Shown here: positions 15,600-24,499 of the stretch, one piece after another
Numbering within the stretch: the first letter of the stretch is position 1
Layout: each line of letters starts with the position of its first letter
Assembly: GCA_039589315.1 (NCBI GenBank)
Contig: JBDHHQ010000059.1
Coordinates: 1-27,535 of the forward strand
Source: Gemmatimonadota bacterium
GTDB lineage: Bacteria > Gemmatimonadota > Gemmatimonadetes > Longimicrobiales > Gaopeijiaceae
DNA: 27,535 bases
Direction of reading: 5' to 3'
The notes under the pieces: model-generated
Databases searched by the model: none
What the model was told of the DNA's origin: nothing
What the model saw: the letters and a program-made list of their open reading frames with translations, nothing else
Made by a program: the position numbers and the translations under genes

Positions 15600-17321
15600 C
15601 TACCCTCCCGCCCGGTACACGACCTTCCCACCCACGATCGTGTAGACCACCTCTGTCGATGGAATCTCCTCTTCGGGGACCCGTAGGATGTCCTTGGAGA
15701 GTACCGTCACGTCGGCCAGCTTGCCGGGCGCCAGCGATCCCTTGAGATCCTCCTCGAACGCAGCATAGGCCCCGTTGATCGTGTAGGACTCGAGGGCCTC
15801 CATACGGCCCATCCGCTGATCCGGATAGAAGACGGAGCCGTCGACAGTGCGGCGTGAAACCGTGGCGTAGTACGATGCGATGGGATCCACGTCCTCCACC
15901 GGCGCGTCGGTTCCGTTGGTCACGACTGCTCCCGATTGCATCAGCTCTTGCCAGACATAGGCGCCTTCCCTCGCCCGCTGCTCGCCCAGACGCTCTACAA
16001 CGTATGGTGCGTCCGACGTGGCGTGGATGCCCTCCATCGAAGCGATCACTCCCATCTCGGCGAAGCGCCCGATGTCGTCGGGATGCAGGTGCTGAGCGTG
16101 TTCCACGCGCCACCGCAGATTCGTGAGCTCCGGGTTCGCCTCGAAAGTCCGCTGGAAGATGTCCAGCGTCTCGCGGTTGGCCCGGTCGCCGATGGCATGG
16201 ACACAGAGCTGGAAGCCGTGCTCCGCGGCGAGGCCGGCCGTCTCTTCGATCACGTCGACCGGTGTGGTGTTGAGCCCGGTGCTGGAGGGCAGGTCCTCGT
16301 AGGGCTCCAGGAGCCAGGCACCGTGGGGCCCGAGGGCGCCGTCGATGCTGTGCTTGATGGCGCGCACGGTCAGGTGGTTGTTGCCGACGCCCACCATGCG
16401 GTAGTCGGCCAGTCGCTCACGGAAGACGTCGTTGGAGCCCCGGAGCATGACCCAGAGCCGAATGTCGAGATCACCCGCCTCGGCCATCTCCCTGAGCATG
16501 TCGACGGTCGCCAGAGACGACCCGGCGTCCTGGAACGACGTGATGCCCTTCCGAAGCGCTTCCTCCTGTGCCAGCTCCACCTGTCGGTGGGGATCGGGGG
16601 GCGTGGCCCCCTCGGTGGCCGGCCGGAGCAGTCGTTGCGCGGTCTCCCGGAACATGCCGATCGGGTTGCCGTCGGCGTCTCGGACGATCTCACCGCCCTC
16701 CGGATTCGGCGTGTCACGGTCGATGTCTGCCATCTCCATTGCCATAGCGTTGGCGTAGCTCGCGTGCCCACTGGCATGCCTCAGGATCACCGGGTTGTCG
16801 GGGGACACCGCGCTCAGGGCGTGGTGAAGGGGGACGCCGTCTACGTTGGGCTCCGGCGTGGACGTCCACTTCTCCTGGTGCCAGCCGCGCCCGCGGATCA
16901 GCTCACCGGGCTGTGCCTCGGCCGCCGCCGCCTCGACCATGGCCAAGATCTCCTCCCAGCTCTCGGTCGGCATGAGCCGCAGCTGCATGTTGGCGTCGCC
17001 GACGCCCAGGAAGTGGCCGTGGCTCTCGATGAAGCCAGGAATGGCCAACTGGCCTTCGAGGTCGAGCACCTCGGTCTCGGGTCCGACGAACGAGGAGATC
17101 TCGGCGGCTGTGCCCAGGGCGACGATGCGGTCATCCACCACCGCCATGGCTTCCGCGTCGGGCCGCGACTCATCTACGGTCACGATCCGGCCATTGGTGA
17201 GCACCAGGTCGGCAGGGCCGGAGACCACTCCCTCACCCGCGCAGGCTGGGGCGATCCCCAGGACGGCGAAAGTCAGGACAGCGCGGCCTCGTGCGACAGC
17301 GACGGGGCGCCAGTCACGCAT
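15600..17321 (-). CDS. Amidohydrolase family 3 (YtcJ-like) metal-dependent hydrolase, probable lipoprotein
   Basis: AAGGAGG RBS. APA-C signal, ADLVLTNGRIVT, PGFIESHGH, IKHSIDGALG, HAIGDRAN, RVEHAQH, GTDAPVE and KGSLAPGKLAD. Confidence 0.95.
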   Translation of the reverse strand: MRDWRPVAVARGRAVLTFAVLGIAPACAGEGVVSGPADLVLTNGRIVTVDESRPDAEAMAVVDDRIVALGTAAEISSFVGPETEVLDLEGQLAIPGFIESHGHFLGVGDANMQLRLMPTESWEEILAMVEAAAAEAQPGELIRGRGWHQEKWTSTPEPNVDGVPLHHALSAVSPDNPVILRHASGHASYANAMAMEMADIDRDTPNPEGGEIVRDADGNPIGMFRETAQRLLRPATEGATPPDPHRQVELAQEEALRKGITSFQDAGSSLATVDMLREMAEAGDLDIRLWVMLRGSNDVFRERLADYRMVGVGNNHLTVRAIKHSIDGALGPHGAWLLEPYEDLPSSTGLNTTPVDVIEETAGLAAEHGFQLCVHAIGDRANRETLDIFQRTFEANPELTNLRWRVEHAQHLHPDDIGRFAEMGVIASMEGIHATSDAPYVVERLGEQRAREGAYVWQELMQSGAVVTNGTDAPVEDVDPIASYYATVSRRTVDGSVFYPDQRMGRMEALESYTINGAYAAFEEDLKGSLAPGKLADVTVLSKDILRVPEEEIPSTEVVYTIVGGKVVYRAGG

Positions 17322-17357
17322 GGTTGAATCCTCCTTGCAGGTGGCGGGGGAACGAGA

Positions 17358-17386
17358 AGGCTACCGGCCCTTCGGCGAGCGGGCAA
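17358..17386 (-). promoter_or_regulatory. Putative sigma70-type promoter of the amidohydrolase
   Basis: Minus strand TTGCCC-N17-TAGCCT. Confidence 0.45.
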
Positions 17387-17416
17387 CGGCACGCAGTCGG
17401 ACGCCGGGGCCGGGGC

Positions 17417-17458
17417 TTGCGCCTCCGCCCATTCGCAAATAAGTTTGTAGAACAAACT
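17417..17458 (+). promoter_or_regulatory. Putative sigma70 promoter with overlapping palindromic operator
   Basis: TTGCGC (17417)-N17-TAAGTT (17440). A perfect inverted repeat AGTTTGT-aga-ACAAACT at 17442-17458 overlaps the -10, in an AT-rich patch. Confidence 0.65.
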
Positions 17459-17486
17459 ATACCGCAATGCAAACCGAGAGGTCGAT

Positions 17487-18092
17487 ATGAACGCCATGGA
17501 TCTCCGAAGTCTCGAAGGCAGCGCCTACGCGTCCCGCTGGGAAGACGGCCTGTTGGAGCTGTTCGCAGGAACGGCGCTCCTGCTCGTAGGCGTGGCATGG
17601 CTGACGCCCATGGCGGGACTGGGTGGGGTGGCACCGGTCCTTCTGATCCCATTCTGGCCGCTGGCTCGCAGGGCCGTGACGGAGCCGCGGGCCGGATACG
17701 TGGAGTTCCGAGCGGACCGGAAGGCCAAGGAGCGCAAGGCCCACATGAACCTGGTGCTTCTCGGAGTCGTAGCATTCGTCCTGGGGGTTGCCGCGTACCT
17801 CGTCGTGAGTAGGGATGTGGTGGGACGGGATGGGCTGATCATGATGCTCGTACCGGCGCTCCCGGGACTCCTGCTGGCTCTGGGGGCCATCGTGACCGGC
17901 TGGATGCTGGGCCTGTCGCGCTGGTTCCTCTACGCGGCCTCGTTGGCCCTGCTGGCGCTGATGGGCGTCTATTTCGACGCTCACCCGGGCGTCTACATGG
18001 CTGCGGGCGGAGCGTTGGTCGCCGCTTCCGGCCTGACGATGCTCGTCCGGTTCGTGCGCAGCCATCCGCTTCCGGACAAGGCTGCACCGTGA
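17487..18092 (+). CDS. Hypothetical integral membrane protein (about 6 TM)
   Basis: GAGAGG RBS. Hydrophobic segments with WEDGLLEL and VTEPRAGYVEF loops; its stop overlaps the next start (GTGA). Confidence 0.85.
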   Translation: MNAMDLRSLEGSAYASRWEDGLLELFAGTALLLVGVAWLTPMAGLGGVAPVLLIPFWPLARRAVTEPRAGYVEFRADRKAKERKAHMNLVLLGVVAFVLGVAAYLVVSRDVVGRDGLIMMLVPALPGLLLALGAIVTGWMLGLSRWFLYAASLALLALMGVYFDAHPGVYMAAGGALVAASGLTMLVRFVRSHPLPDKAAP

Positions 18093-18457
18093 GTCAAGTG
18101 AACGGTCCCGTCCGGCCTTCGGATGCGGGGAGCGGGGAATCCGACACCCGTCGAAGCACCCAGGCCGGGACGGCGATCGACAAGCTCGTCCACGAGCCGG
18201 CCAGACTGCTTCTGCTGGCCTGCCTCTACGTGGTCGATGCTGCCGACTTCGTGTTCCTGCTTCGCCAGACAGGGCTCACGGCCGGCAACGTGTCGTCTCA
18301 CGTGAGCAAGCTGGAGGAGGCCGGCTACGTGAATGTCGAAAAAGGATTCGTGGGCAAGCGGCCACAGACGATCCTCCGGCTCACGGAGCAGGGCCGCGCG
18401 GCCGTCCGGTCCTACCGGGACACCATGAACCAGCTGTTGGGCTCACTGGAGGACTGA
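18089..18457 (+). CDS. Winged-helix transcriptional regulator (HTH_34/ArsR-MarR-like)
   Basis: IDKLVHEPARLLLL...DFVFLLRQTGLTAGNVSSHVSKLEEAGYVNVEKGFVGKRPQT...LTEQGR. Confidence 0.92.
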   Translation: MSQVNGPVRPSDAGSGESDTRRSTQAGTAIDKLVHEPARLLLLACLYVVDAADFVFLLRQTGLTAGNVSSHVSKLEEAGYVNVEKGFVGKRPQTILRLTEQGRAAVRSYRDTMNQLLGSLED

Positions 18458-18570
18458 GGCAGCCCCGTCCGGCAGCACGGCACTGACGAGGGAGCGGCGC
18501 TGTTGGACTGCACCGGTCCCCCTGTCTCTTCAGCCACCTCGGGTTCCGAAGGCGGCTCGGAGCGTGAGCT

Positions 18571-18882
18571 CTAGGCGGGAGCCTGGGCCGCCAGGGCCTC
18601 GAGGAGCTGGCGGCCGGCGGCTGCCGTCTCCTCATCGTCGAGCACGGGGGCGATGTCGAGGTCCATGGCGTGGTTCCACTGGCCCAGATAGACGCCGAGT
18701 GCAGCAGCGTCATCGGCTTCGAAGATCGCGACACCCGTGTACTCGGCCAGGTTGTGCCACCGCCCGATGAGACGGACCGCCGGACCGGCGTCGGCCCGCT
18801 GCTCGGGGGTCATGCTGCACCAAACCGCCAAGACGTCGGTGCGCTTATCCGGATGGATGTCCCAGGTAACCATGAACTTCAT
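18571..18882 (-). CDS. DUF3303-family protein
   Basis: AGGAG RBS. MKFMVTW...LIGRWH...GVAIFEADD...QW...DLDIAPVLDDEE. Confidence 0.85.
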   Translation of the reverse strand: MKFMVTWDIHPDKRTDVLAVWCSMTPEQRADAGPAVRLIGRWHNLAEYTGVAIFEADDAAALGVYLGQWNHAMDLDIAPVLDDEETAAAGRQLLEALAAQAPA

Positions 18883-19175
18883 GATCTACTCCTGTGCCAG
18901 GGGAGGGTGGAAGAAGGGACTTCTATATAGGGCCAGCGGGCGCCGTTCGCCTAGGGGTCGGATAGCGGCTTGGGTCCCGATGGGACACGCGGGCGGAAAC
19001 GAGCCGGCGGTGAGCCTTCTGACGGGCCGATCGGTCATGCCACTCGCTCGCGAGTCGACGGTGGAGGGCAGGAACACCCGGGTCGGTCACCTGTACCCAG
19101 TGGCGTTGGACCATCCCGCCCGACCGGGCCTCCGACTCCAGACAAATCGTTATCACAAGCAAGGAGGGCGTCGCA

Positions 19176-20723
19176 ATGCGCCATCGTTTGCATGTCACTA
19201 CCCAACTCCTCCTTCTCGCGATGCTGCTTTCGCCAACGGCGGGAGCCGCCCAGTGGGCACAGGAAGCGGTCGATCTGGACGTGGTCCAGCGAATCCGCGC
19301 GGAGGGACTGGAACGCTCGCAGATCGAGCCGCTCGCTCGCTACCTGACGGAGGTCATCGGCCCGCGGCTAACCGGATCGCCCGGGATGAAGAAGGCCAAC
19401 GAGTGGACGGCTCAGACCTTCGAGGAGTGGGGTCTGGCCAACGTCGTGATCGAGCCTTGGGGCGAGTTCGGCCGCGGTTGGCAGCACGAGGACTACAAGG
19501 GCCGGATCCTCGCACCCTTCGTGCAGCCGCTCCACGGCCAACCCATGGCCTGGACCGGTAGCACCGACGGGCTGGTCCGAGGTCTTGCAGTGATCGCGCG
19601 GATCGAGGACGAGGCGGAGCTCCCCAACCTCGAGGGCCGACTGGCAGGGGCGTTCGTCCTCATCGACGCACCGCAGGAAGTCGAGCCCGAGTTCGAGCAC
19701 CAGGATCGACGCACGTCGCTCGAGGAGCTCCTCGGAGCCGGCGGCGACTCGCCCTCCGACCGCTACACCAACATGACTCCGGAGGAGCGGCAAGCGCTCT
19801 ACGATCGGTTCCGCGCCGAGCGGGCCCTGGCCGACGCCGTGAGCCAGCTCGCCGAGGCCGAAGGCGCCCACGCGGTCCTCCGCATCTCTTCCCGGGAGGA
19901 TGGCGTGATCCGGGGAGGGGCGGCTGGGAGCCGCGAGTTCGGGGCCGGTGAAGGGTTGGCCCACGTCGCTCTGTCCCGGGAGCAGTACAACCAGATCTAC
20001 CGTAATGTCGAAGCTGGGGTGCCCGTCGAGCTCGAGCTCATGGTCCAGAACCGCTTCTTCGAGGACGATCGGCAGCAGTACAACACGCTGGCCGAGATGC
20101 CCGGCACCGACAAGGGCGACGAGATCGTCATGATCGGGGCGCACCTGGACTCGTGGCACATGGGCGGGGGCGCAACCGACAACGGTGCGGGCTCGGTCAT
20201 CATGATGGAGGCGATGCGGATCCTGAAGACGTTGGACGTCCAGCCGCGCCGCACCATCCGCATCGCTCTCTGGAGCGGCGAGGAGCAGGGCCTGCTGGGC
20301 TCACGGGCCTGGGTGGCCAACAACCCGGAGCTGCACGGGCGGATCTCGGCCTACCTGAACGTGGACAACGGCACGGGCCGACTGCGGGGCATCTGGGATC
20401 AGTCCAACGCCAAGGCGATTCCCGTGTTCGAGCAGATCCTCTGGCCCTTCCGCGACCTGGGCGTCGTAGCGGTGCGTCACGGTGACACGGGCGGGACCGA
20501 TCATCTGGCCTTCGACGATGTGGGGATTCCCGGATTCAACTTCATCCAGGACCCCATCGAGTACGGGATCAACACGCACCATACCGAGCTCGACACCTTC
20601 GACCATCTGGTCATCGACGACCTGAAGCAGGCGGCGGTCGTGGTGGCGTCCACCGCGTACCACCTGGCCAACCGGGAGGAGATGATGCCAAGGAAGGAGG
20701 AGGCGGTCTCGGACCAGCCGTAG
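19176..20723 (+). CDS. Secreted peptidase M28 (carboxypeptidase Q-like)
   Basis: AAGGAGG RBS. Signal peptide, IGPRLTGSP, GAHLDSW, GATDNGAG, WSGEEQGLLGS, NVDNG, GTDHLAF and HHTELDT. Confidence 0.95.
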   Translation: MRHRLHVTTQLLLLAMLLSPTAGAAQWAQEAVDLDVVQRIRAEGLERSQIEPLARYLTEVIGPRLTGSPGMKKANEWTAQTFEEWGLANVVIEPWGEFGRGWQHEDYKGRILAPFVQPLHGQPMAWTGSTDGLVRGLAVIARIEDEAELPNLEGRLAGAFVLIDAPQEVEPEFEHQDRRTSLEELLGAGGDSPSDRYTNMTPEERQALYDRFRAERALADAVSQLAEAEGAHAVLRISSREDGVIRGGAAGSREFGAGEGLAHVALSREQYNQIYRNVEAGVPVELELMVQNRFFEDDRQQYNTLAEMPGTDKGDEIVMIGAHLDSWHMGGGATDNGAGSVIMMEAMRILKTLDVQPRRTIRIALWSGEEQGLLGSRAWVANNPELHGRISAYLNVDNGTGRLRGIWDQSNAKAIPVFEQILWPFRDLGVVAVRHGDTGGTDHLAFDDVGIPGFNFIQDPIEYGINTHHTELDTFDHLVIDDLKQAAVVVASTAYHLANREEMMPRKEEAVSDQP

Positions 20724-20751
20724 ATCCCGTCGAACGCGCAATGCGTCGCCG

Positions 20752-20785
20752 AGAGTCCGGTCCACCGCTCGGTGGGCCGGGCCTC
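20752..20785. terminator. Hairpin between convergent genes, possible bidirectional terminator
   Basis: ccggtccacc-gctc-ggtgggccgg stem with one G-U pair, flanked by agag/ctct. No U-tract. Confidence 0.4.
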
Positions 20786-20791
20786 TGCGCG

Positions 20792-21130
20792 TCAGGCGTC
20801 TTCGCCGTCTCCGCCCATGCGGGAATGGGCCACCAGGGCGCCGCCGGCGAACAGGAAGATCACGGCTGCACCGATGGGGCCACCGCGCAGCTCGGCCGGA
20901 AGGAGCTGGACCACCACGAGCGCCAGGCCGATGGCGACCGTCACCAGTCCCCATCTGAGCGAAGCTCGCCCGTCGATGCGCCGTCTCAGGAGCGCGTCGA
21001 TCTCCCCGGCCGACAGTCCCCGTTCCGCGATCTTGCTCCGCACTCTGGCAGCGGCGAGCGCCTCCACCACCAGCACGAACGCCAGGTAGGCTCCTCCGAT
21101 GACGATGACGATGGCGAGGTTGTCGGTCAT
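20792..21130 (-). CDS. Small 3-TM membrane protein (DUF6249-like)
   Basis: GAGGAG RBS before ATG 21130. N-terminal TM, RSKIAERGL, then SLRWGLVTVAIGLAL and AVIFLFAGGALV. Confidence 0.75.
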   Translation of the reverse strand: MTDNLAIVIVIGGAYLAFVLVVEALAAARVRSKIAERGLSAGEIDALLRRRIDGRASLRWGLVTVAIGLALVVVQLLPAELRGGPIGAAVIFLFAGGALVAHSRMGGDGEDA

Positions 21131-21153
21131 CTCCTCTGCCCTCCGTGGAAGGA

Positions 21154-22722
21154 CTATTCGGACTCGCTGACCCCCAGGATCCGGTCCAGGACTGCTGGGT
21201 CGCCCTGAAGGGCGCACCTCCGCTGGTACAACCGTAGCCCCGACAGTCCGCCCAATTCTTCACCGTTGCCGGCGCGGCCCGGCCCTCCGTGTAGAAGGTA
21301 CGGGAAAGCGGCGCCCGAACCCATGGCGGACCCGGCCACTCCGCTCGAGCCCAGATAGAGCCGTCCATTCCAGGCGCCCAAGCCCGTGATCACTCCGGCG
21401 GTCCAGTCGGGATCGTCGCCGTACGCGCTGGCTACGAGGCTGCCTTGTCCGCGCGCGACCAGCTCCGCCGCGTCCTCGGGCGTTCCGTCGTAGGGCAGGA
21501 TGGAGGCGACGGGTCCGAACACCTCGTGGGTGTGCGCCACGTCGGCCGAGCGGGCGTCGTCGATTCGGATCAGCGTGGGCCGAACGTAATAGCCCTTGCC
21601 GGCAGGCGCGCCGGCCCCGTCCAGCGGATCGGTGCCCCCCGTGACCACGGTCCCTTCGGCGGCCAGGGCTTCGATGCCGGCCCGATTGTCCGTGAGCTGG
21701 CGGGCGGTGGTCACCGGACCCATGCGGACGTCCGGACCGGCGGTGTTCCCGACCACCACATCCCCGAGCCGTCCCGCCAAATCGCGCGCGACCCGCTCGA
21801 CGTCTTCCGCCGGTACGAAGATGCGACGCACGGCCGTGCACTTCTGTCCCGCCTTCTGCGTCATCTCCCGGAAGACGTCCTTGAGGAAGAGCCCATACGT
21901 GTCGGAATCGGCGTCGACCCGCGGCGCCAGCACGGCGCTGTTCAGGGAGTCGGCCTCGATGTTGACGGTGACGTTGCGCGAGAGGATGTCGTCCCGGGAC
22001 CGAAGGTGCAGGCCCGTGTCGGCAGAGCCCGTGAAGGCCAGCACGTCTTGCTCGCCCAGGTGGGACAGCAGGTCGCCCGGCGAGCCCGAGATCAGTTGGA
22101 CGGATCCGGGAGGCAGGAAGCCCGCCTCGTCGAGTATCTCCACCATCCGCCACGTGACCAGCGCCGTGCTCGTCGCGGGCTTCACGATGACGGGGACTCC
22201 GGCCAGCAGGGCGCAGGCGGCTTTCTCACCGAACCCCCAGGCAGGGAAGTTGAACGCGTTGATCAGGACGGCCACCCCTTCCTTCGGGAGCAGCACGTGC
22301 TGTCCCCACCAGCTTCCGTCACGGGCGAGGGAGACACCCTCTCCGTCCCGCATGATCTTCGCGTCTCCGAAGCCCTTGCCCAGGTGGGCATACGCTGCCA
22401 GTGCACCACCCGCGCCATCCACGTCGAACTTGGCGTCGGACTTGGTGTTACCGCCGTTTCGCATGGATAGGTCTAGGAGCTCGTCCCGGTGCTCCATCAG
22501 GGCCTTGGACATGGCCTTGAGTAGGGCGGCTCGCTCCCCCAGCGTCATGGCGCGAAGGGCCGGGCCGCCGACCTCCCTCGCGTGGCTCACCGCGCCCTCG
22601 AAGTCGACGCCCTCGGTGGAGGTCTGGGCCAGCGGCTCTTCGCTGGACGGGTTCACCAGGATCGCGGGCTCGCCGGAGCCCTCTTGCCACTGTCCGCCAA
22701 CGAAGCTCTTCAGGGTGATCAT
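21154..22722 (-). CDS. Aldehyde dehydrogenase of the BoxD (3,4-dehydroadipyl-CoA semialdehyde dehydrogenase)/PaaZ N-domain type, without a MaoC domain
   Basis: ATG 22722 (MITLKSFVGGQW). DAKFDVDG, INAFNFPAWG..EK, KPATST, FTGSADTG, EADSLN (Glu), KAGQKCTAVRR (Cys), EVFGPV and HGGPGRAGNGEELGG. Confidence 0.92.
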   Translation of the reverse strand: MITLKSFVGGQWQEGSGEPAILVNPSSEEPLAQTSTEGVDFEGAVSHAREVGGPALRAMTLGERAALLKAMSKALMEHRDELLDLSMRNGGNTKSDAKFDVDGAGGALAAYAHLGKGFGDAKIMRDGEGVSLARDGSWWGQHVLLPKEGVAVLINAFNFPAWGFGEKAACALLAGVPVIVKPATSTALVTWRMVEILDEAGFLPPGSVQLISGSPGDLLSHLGEQDVLAFTGSADTGLHLRSRDDILSRNVTVNIEADSLNSAVLAPRVDADSDTYGLFLKDVFREMTQKAGQKCTAVRRIFVPAEDVERVARDLAGRLGDVVVGNTAGPDVRMGPVTTARQLTDNRAGIEALAAEGTVVTGGTDPLDGAGAPAGKGYYVRPTLIRIDDARSADVAHTHEVFGPVASILPYDGTPEDAAELVARGQGSLVASAYGDDPDWTAGVITGLGAWNGRLYLGSSGVAGSAMGSGAAFPYLLHGGPGRAGNGEELGGLSGLRLYQRRCALQGDPAVLDRILGVSESE

Positions 22723-22796
22723 TCGGGTCGCTCCCGGTTCAGCCGATCTGCGGCGCTGGTTGGACCCGTCTAGCGGGCCCACGAGCGGGGTCACCA

Positions 22797-22824
22797 ACAG
22801 TAAGCACGAGGGGGACGGGAACAA
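22797..22824 (-). promoter_or_regulatory. Putative sigma70-type promoter of the aldehyde dehydrogenase
   Basis: Minus strand TTGTTC-N16-TACTGT, about 75 nt upstream of ATG 22722. Confidence 0.35.
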
Positions 22825-23020
22825 GGGGGGTGTCGGACTAGAGCCCTCGTGTTGTCAGCCCGCGGCAGTCGGGGCCTGCCCGGACCGCTGGGCTGGTCGA
22901 CGCGCCTTCACTCTATTGGTCCTTGAGGGGGCGCGGGCGCCACCTACGGCGCACGGCGAGGTGCGGCACGACGGATCCAGTATCAGGTAGTATGTTGAGG
23001 CGTCCGAAGGGAGCTGGCGT

Positions 23021-24499
23021 ATGCGAACCACGATTCTAGTTTTATCCCGCTTCGTTGCCACGGCTTGGATCGGCGGGCTCTGTTGCGCCCTCTCGATCCC
23101 GGTGGCCGGGGCAGCTCAGCGGCCGACCCGACCGAATATCGTGGTCGTCCTCGTGGATGACATGCGTTGGGACGAGTACGGCGCCACGGGCCACTTCGCC
23201 GAAACGCCCCACATCGACCGGCTGGCCCGGGAGGGTGCCACCTTTACTCGGGCATACCACGTGACGCCGCTTTGCTCACCCAACCGGGCCAGCCTCCTCA
23301 CGGGCCAGTACCCCTCCCGCCACGGCATCCGGGACAACGTGGCCCGGAGTCTGACCAGCCACGGTCTCCGCACCTTTCCCCAGGCCCTGCAGGAGCTGGG
23401 GTACGAGACTGCGTTCGTGGGTAAGTGGCACATGGGTAACGACCCCACACCGAGGCCGGGCTTCGACACGTGGGTGAGCTTCGCGGGACAGGGCCGGACC
23501 ATGAATCCGGAGGTCTACGAGGGCGGCAGGCTCCACGAGGTCGAGGGGTACGTAACCGACATCCTGACGGACAGGTCGGTCGAGTTCATCGAGCGCGACC
23601 GGGACCGGCCCTTTCTCCTCTACCTGTCACACAAGGCCATCCATCCCGATGCGATCCAGCGGGACGACGGCTCGGTGGATGTGGAGTCCGGGATGCGCTT
23701 CGTGCCGGCGCCGCGGCACGCGGGTCGCTATGAGGACACCGCGGTGGAGCGGGCTCCCAGCTACCTGCCGCCGCCGGCGCTCCCGGCCGGTAAGCCCGTC
23801 TTCAGCCTTGCCCTCGAGCGGAAGCGCTCTCCCGACGTCCAGGCCGCCATGGGCGCGATCCTCGACGTGGGGACCAGCGATGAGACGGTTCGGCGTCGGG
23901 CGGAGATGCTGGTGGCAGTGGATGAGGGCCTGGGCCGGATCCTGGCCGCTCTCGAGTCCCAGGGAGCATTGGACAACACGGTGGTGGTGTTCACCAGCGA
24001 CAACGGCTACATGTTCGGCGAGCACGGCGCCAGCATCGAGCGGAGGCTTCCCTACGAAGAGGCGGTGCGTTCGCCCTTGATCGTCCGCTACCCCCCGCTG
24101 GCGGCTCCGGGCTCCGAGGTTGCGGGGCTGGTCCTCTCCGTGGACCTCGCGCCCGCGCTCGTCGAGGTCGCAGGCGGCACCCCGGGCGCTCGCCTCCAAG
24201 GCCGGTCGTGGCTGCCTCTGCTTTCAGGCGACCCGTCGGGGTGGCGACAGGTCGGACTCCTGGAGTACTACAGCCACGAGCAGCCCATGCCGTGGATGCG
24301 TGACCTGAGCTACAAGGTCGTTCACACGGGTCGCTACAAGCTCGTGCACTGGCTTCAACACGAAGGCGTCGACGAGCTGTACGATCTCGAGGCAGACCCG
24401 TTCGAGATGGACAACCTGGCGGGCCGTCCAGGCCACGAGCAGCTCGTGGACGAGCTGCGGTCCCACCTGGACCGCCTGGTCGCGGAGGTGTTTCGATGA
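23021..24499 (+). CDS. Secreted formylglycine-dependent (S1, Cys-type) sulfatase, N-acetylglucosamine-6-sulfatase-like
   Basis: Signal peptide, RPNIVVVLVDDMR, CSPNRASLLTG (CxPxR), GKWHMG, SHKAIH, FTSDNGY..GEH and ELYDLEADPFE. Confidence 0.95.
   Translation: MRTTILVLSRFVATAWIGGLCCALSIPVAGAAQRPTRPNIVVVLVDDMRWDEYGATGHFAETPHIDRLAREGATFTRAYHVTPLCSPNRASLLTGQYPSRHGIRDNVARSLTSHGLRTFPQALQELGYETAFVGKWHMGNDPTPRPGFDTWVSFAGQGRTMNPEVYEGGRLHEVEGYVTDILTDRSVEFIERDRDRPFLLYLSHKAIHPDAIQRDDGSVDVESGMRFVPAPRHAGRYEDTAVERAPSYLPPPALPAGKPVFSLALERKRSPDVQAAMGAILDVGTSDETVRRRAEMLVAVDEGLGRILAALESQGALDNTVVVFTSDNGYMFGEHGASIERRLPYEEAVRSPLIVRYPPLAAPGSEVAGLVLSVDLAPALVEVAGGTPGARLQGRSWLPLLSGDPSGWRQVGLLEYYSHEQPMPWMRDLSYKVVHTGRYKLVHWLQHEGVDELYDLEADPFEMDNLAGRPGHEQLVDELRSHLDRLVAEVFR

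Noticed and set aside
18483..18560. CTGACGA resembling a hammerhead ribozyme core
   Set aside because: No downstream GAAA or matching stems.
18883..19175. Riboswitch or operator in the 293-nt divergent intergenic region
   Set aside because: Only short GC-rich hairpins and a weak palindrome near 19142-19155; no recognisable riboswitch consensus.
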